From: a virus
DNA length: 64,000 bases
Virus record (IMG/VR): IMGVR_UViG_3300009506_003033
Location: 1-64,000 of that record
Strand: one strand, 5' to 3'
Part shown: positions 61,759 through 64,000 of the stretch, one piece after another
How the letters are laid out: each line of letters begins with the position of its first letter
Numbering within the stretch: position 1 is the stretch's first letter
The notes under the pieces: model-generated
The model's database searches: none
What the model was told of the DNA's origin: nothing
Seen by the model: only the letters and a program-made list of their open reading frames with translations
Made by a program: the position numbers and the translations under genes

Positions 61759-64000
61759 ATGCCTGTGCAGCCATGCAAACGCAACGGAAAGAGAGGATGG
61801 CGATGGGGCCAGCACGGCAAATGTTATCTCGGTTCAGGAGCAAAGGCGTTAGCTGACAAGCAGGGGCGTGCCATACGAGCCAGCGGATGGACCGGAAATG
61901 AAGCTAAGCAACAAGCAGGTGATGATTCTGACAAGACGTTGCTGGAAGAGATTGTACATAGTTGCCTATGTACTTCTGCGCAGAAAGCGAAAGGGCAACC
62001 GAACCCGCTGAGACGCGATCCAACTCGCATGGCGACGCTAAAACGACGTTTCGTTGCCGAGTTGAACCGCAAGCTGAATAAAATCAAAAAGGCAATCTAT
62101 GATCTGATCATCACCGAAGATGCTTTCGGATTGTCTGTCAAGGAACCGTCCATTCGGGATTTTCTGGCTAACGCGAGTACGGCGCTCGCCGCACGGCTCC
62201 CCGAGCTTTCATCTCTTTCATTCGGGGAGCCACTTTCTGAACCACCGAGAGAGCTCCCTGGGGCACTTCAAGGCGATCCTTGTCCTGGGGAGCTTATTTC
62301 ACAAGAGGGATTGGATGATGATAGATGTGGACATCGAAAAATTGAGAAAGGCATTCAAAAAGGAATACGAGATACACAGGACAGCCTTCGACGAAATTCT
62401 GAAAATCAGTCGATTGCGAACGGAACAATGGATAGTGCCAGATCACAATTTGATGGAGACGCTGGAGAATTTGGGCTACGACGGGACACAGAACGTGCAG
62501 ATATTCTTCTCCGCAACCAACGATTCCGATTCGGAAGCACTCAAGAGAAAGTAAACCAATTCGAGGAATGGCTGAAGACAGTTCTACAACTGCATCTGTC
62601 ATCGTCCGAAGCAGTGAAGGATACCTACTGGTACAAGTTTATTGAAGAAGGCTACCAAAAGGGAGCTGGCCGGGCGTTCGATGACACGAAGCAGGCGCAA
62701 CGAGTAGCGGCTGAAGAAAACCCAGAGAAGTGGTCGTTTTATCAGGGAGGAAAGGAACAGTTTCTGCGGTCATCGTTTGCTAGGCCAGAATCTATCGACA
62801 AAGTGAAGCTGTTGGCTGGGCGGACGTTCGACGAGCTGAAGGGCATGTCAGACGACATGCGGAACAGAATGCGGCGAACGCTGCTGGATGGACTAGTGCA
62901 GGGCAAAGGGGTGATGCCCATCGTCAGGGATTTGTCGAAGGCCATCGACATCAGCCGCGACAGAGCGAAGACGATAGTCAGGACGGAACTGACGCGGACA
63001 CACTCGGAAGGCGCTCTTGATTCAATGGAACAGCTCGGTGTTGAGAAAGTCGGAGCCATGGTGGAATGGTCCACGGCAGGCTATAACGTGTGTCCCCTCT
63101 GTGCGCCTATGGAAGGCGTGGTGATGACGCTGAAAGAGATGCGAGGGTTGATCCCGCGCCATCCGAACTGCTTTGTAAATCCGAAGACATACGTTAGGAC
63201 AGACAAAGGATGGAGATCGATCGATAGTATCGGAGTTGGCGATTGGGTTCTAACGCACAGGGCGAGATATAAGCAAGTCACTCAGGTACATAGAAATGAA
63301 CTGGAGTGCATTGTTGTTGATATTGTCATAGGTGATCAGCGGCTAGAAGTGACAGCCGATCATCCAATTCGCACGCTGCATGGACCATGGACACCAGCGA
63401 AGCAGATTCACATTAGGGATGTGCTAGAGGTGATTTGTTGGACGGACGATCGTACATATTATAACGCACATTCGGATGTCGATAAGATACATATCAATGC
63501 CGCGCAGATGCACAAAACGTATAATCTTTCCGTCGAAGCAGACGAGTCATATATAGTATTTGGAGGAACACAGAATCACGCACAAACAATGGGATTCATC
63601 GTGCATAATTGTGCATGCACACCGATCCCAGCCAATGTAGGCGAACCCGTCGATCGCAGTCGTACCATCACCGTGAAGAAAGGAAGTGGCGAAGCGAAAT
63701 CGGAAACCGTCGAGGGCCAGACTCGCGGGAAAGAGGGCGTACAGCGGGCGATAGACAAGAGCATCGCGGCAGAGATTCCGAAGACCAAGCCGCGAAGTCT
63801 GGATGAACAGAAAGAATTGACGCGATGGCCAGGTGCAGATGTGCGGATAGCGAAAGAGAGGCCGGTGAGTCCGCTGGAAATTAAGCCAGGGGAGAAGCCA
63901 TCGGTGCCTCTAGAAAGGATACCATCTAGAGTACCAGGCGAAGCAAAACCGGGAGCGAAAGAGATGACATTCCCTTATCACAAAGATGTAGAAAACATAC
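61759..64000 (+). CDS. MuF/SPP1-gp7-like minor head protein with intein (open at window end; absent from the ORF track)
   Basis: manually translated open frame MPVQPCKRNG...DPTRMATL...RAKTIVRTELTR...VEWSTAGYNVCPLC...IPRHPN|intein|CACTPIP. Confidence 0.85.
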   Translation, partial: MPVQPCKRNGKRGWRWGQHGKCYLGSGAKALADKQGRAIRASGWTGNEAKQQAGDDSDKTLLEEIVHSCLCTSAQKAKGQPNPLRRDPTRMATLKRRFVAELNRKLNKIKKAIYDLIITEDAFGLSVKEPSIRDFLANASTALAARLPELSSLSFGEPLSEPPRELPGALQGDPCPGELISQEGLDDDRCGHRKIEKGIQKGIRDTQDSLRRNSENQSIANGTMDSARSQFDGDAGEFGLRRDTERADILLRNQRFRFGSTQEKVNQFEEWLKTVLQLHLSSSEAVKDTYWYKFIEEGYQKGAGRAFDDTKQAQRVAAEENPEKWSFYQGGKEQFLRSSFARPESIDKVKLLAGRTFDELKGMSDDMRNRMRRTLLDGLVQGKGVMPIVRDLSKAIDISRDRAKTIVRTELTRTHSEGALDSMEQLGVEKVGAMVEWSTAGYNVCPLCAPMEGVVMTLKEMRGLIPRHPNCFVNPKTYVRTDKGWRSIDSIGVGDWVLTHRARYKQVTQVHRNELECIVVDIVIGDQRLEVTADHPIRTLHGPWTPAKQIHIRDVLEVICWTDDRTYYNAHSDVDKIHINAAQMHKTYNLSVEADESYIVFGGTQNHAQTMGFIVHNCACTPIPANVGEPVDRSRTITVKKGSGEAKSETVEGQTRGKEGVQRAIDKSIAAEIPKTKPRSLDEQKELTRWPGADVRIAKERPVSPLEIKPGEKPSVPLERIPSRVPGEAKPGAKEMTFPYHKDVENI
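62315..62554 (+). CDS. nested ORF in an alternative frame inside the MuF gene
   Basis: GAGGGA RBS; MMIDVDIEKLRKAFKKEYEIHRTAFDEILKI; preceded by three hairpins. Confidence 0.45.
   Translation: MMIDVDIEKLRKAFKKEYEIHRTAFDEILKISRLRTEQWIVPDHNLMETLENLGYDGTQNVQIFFSATNDSDSEALKRK
63169..63609 (+). mobile_element. mini-intein (147 aa, no endonuclease)
   Basis: HPN|CFVNPKTYVRTDKGW, VGDWVLTH, LEVTADHPI, TYNLSVEADESY, FIVHN|C. Confidence 0.9.

Noticed and set aside
1-64000. Integrase, att sites, reverse transcriptase or DGR
   Set aside because: No tyrosine/serine recombinase or RT motifs found; the 88-bp repeat has a single mismatch and lacks the multi-adenine TR/VR pattern.

Overview
This 64-kb window looks like part of a large tailed-phage or prophage genome. 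No integrase, rRNA or tRNA was seen. A Planctomycete-like host is only an inference. Layout: (1) 1-19.7 kb, a tightly coupled plus-strand operon of about 28 glycan-synthesis and modification genes, including many GT2/GT-A enzymes, GT32, GT11, sulfotransferases, O-methyltransferases, a GDP-mannose epimerase, an NDP-sugar dehydrogenase and a complete-looking transaldolase-GmhA-HddA-phosphatase-HddC heptose pathway. (2) 19.8-26.3 kb, leftward early genes (PD-(D/E)xK nuclease plus adenine methylase, DUF932). (3) A divergent promoter switch at 26.3 kb, then recombination and replication genes (RecT, SMC-like ATPase, YqaJ, NinG, intein-containing helicase, methylase, ParB-like protein, second helicase). 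(4) 42.9-47.3 kb, secreted and accessory genes. (5) 47.3-50.7 kb, the standout locus: a solo Cas7/RAMP-like gene and a ParB-like gene embedded in four non-coding arrays of GGY-NN pentamers punctuated by GGCA, with their own consensus promoter, attenuator-like leader and terminators. This is a candidate programmable RNA-guided system with a non-contiguous guide code. (6) 50.8-64 kb, ParB-methylase, Gp37/Gp68, terminase subunits, portal, a signal-peptide-bearing fibre-like protein and a MuF-type head protein with a mini-intein and a nested ORF. All calls come from motif reading by eye; no database searches were run.
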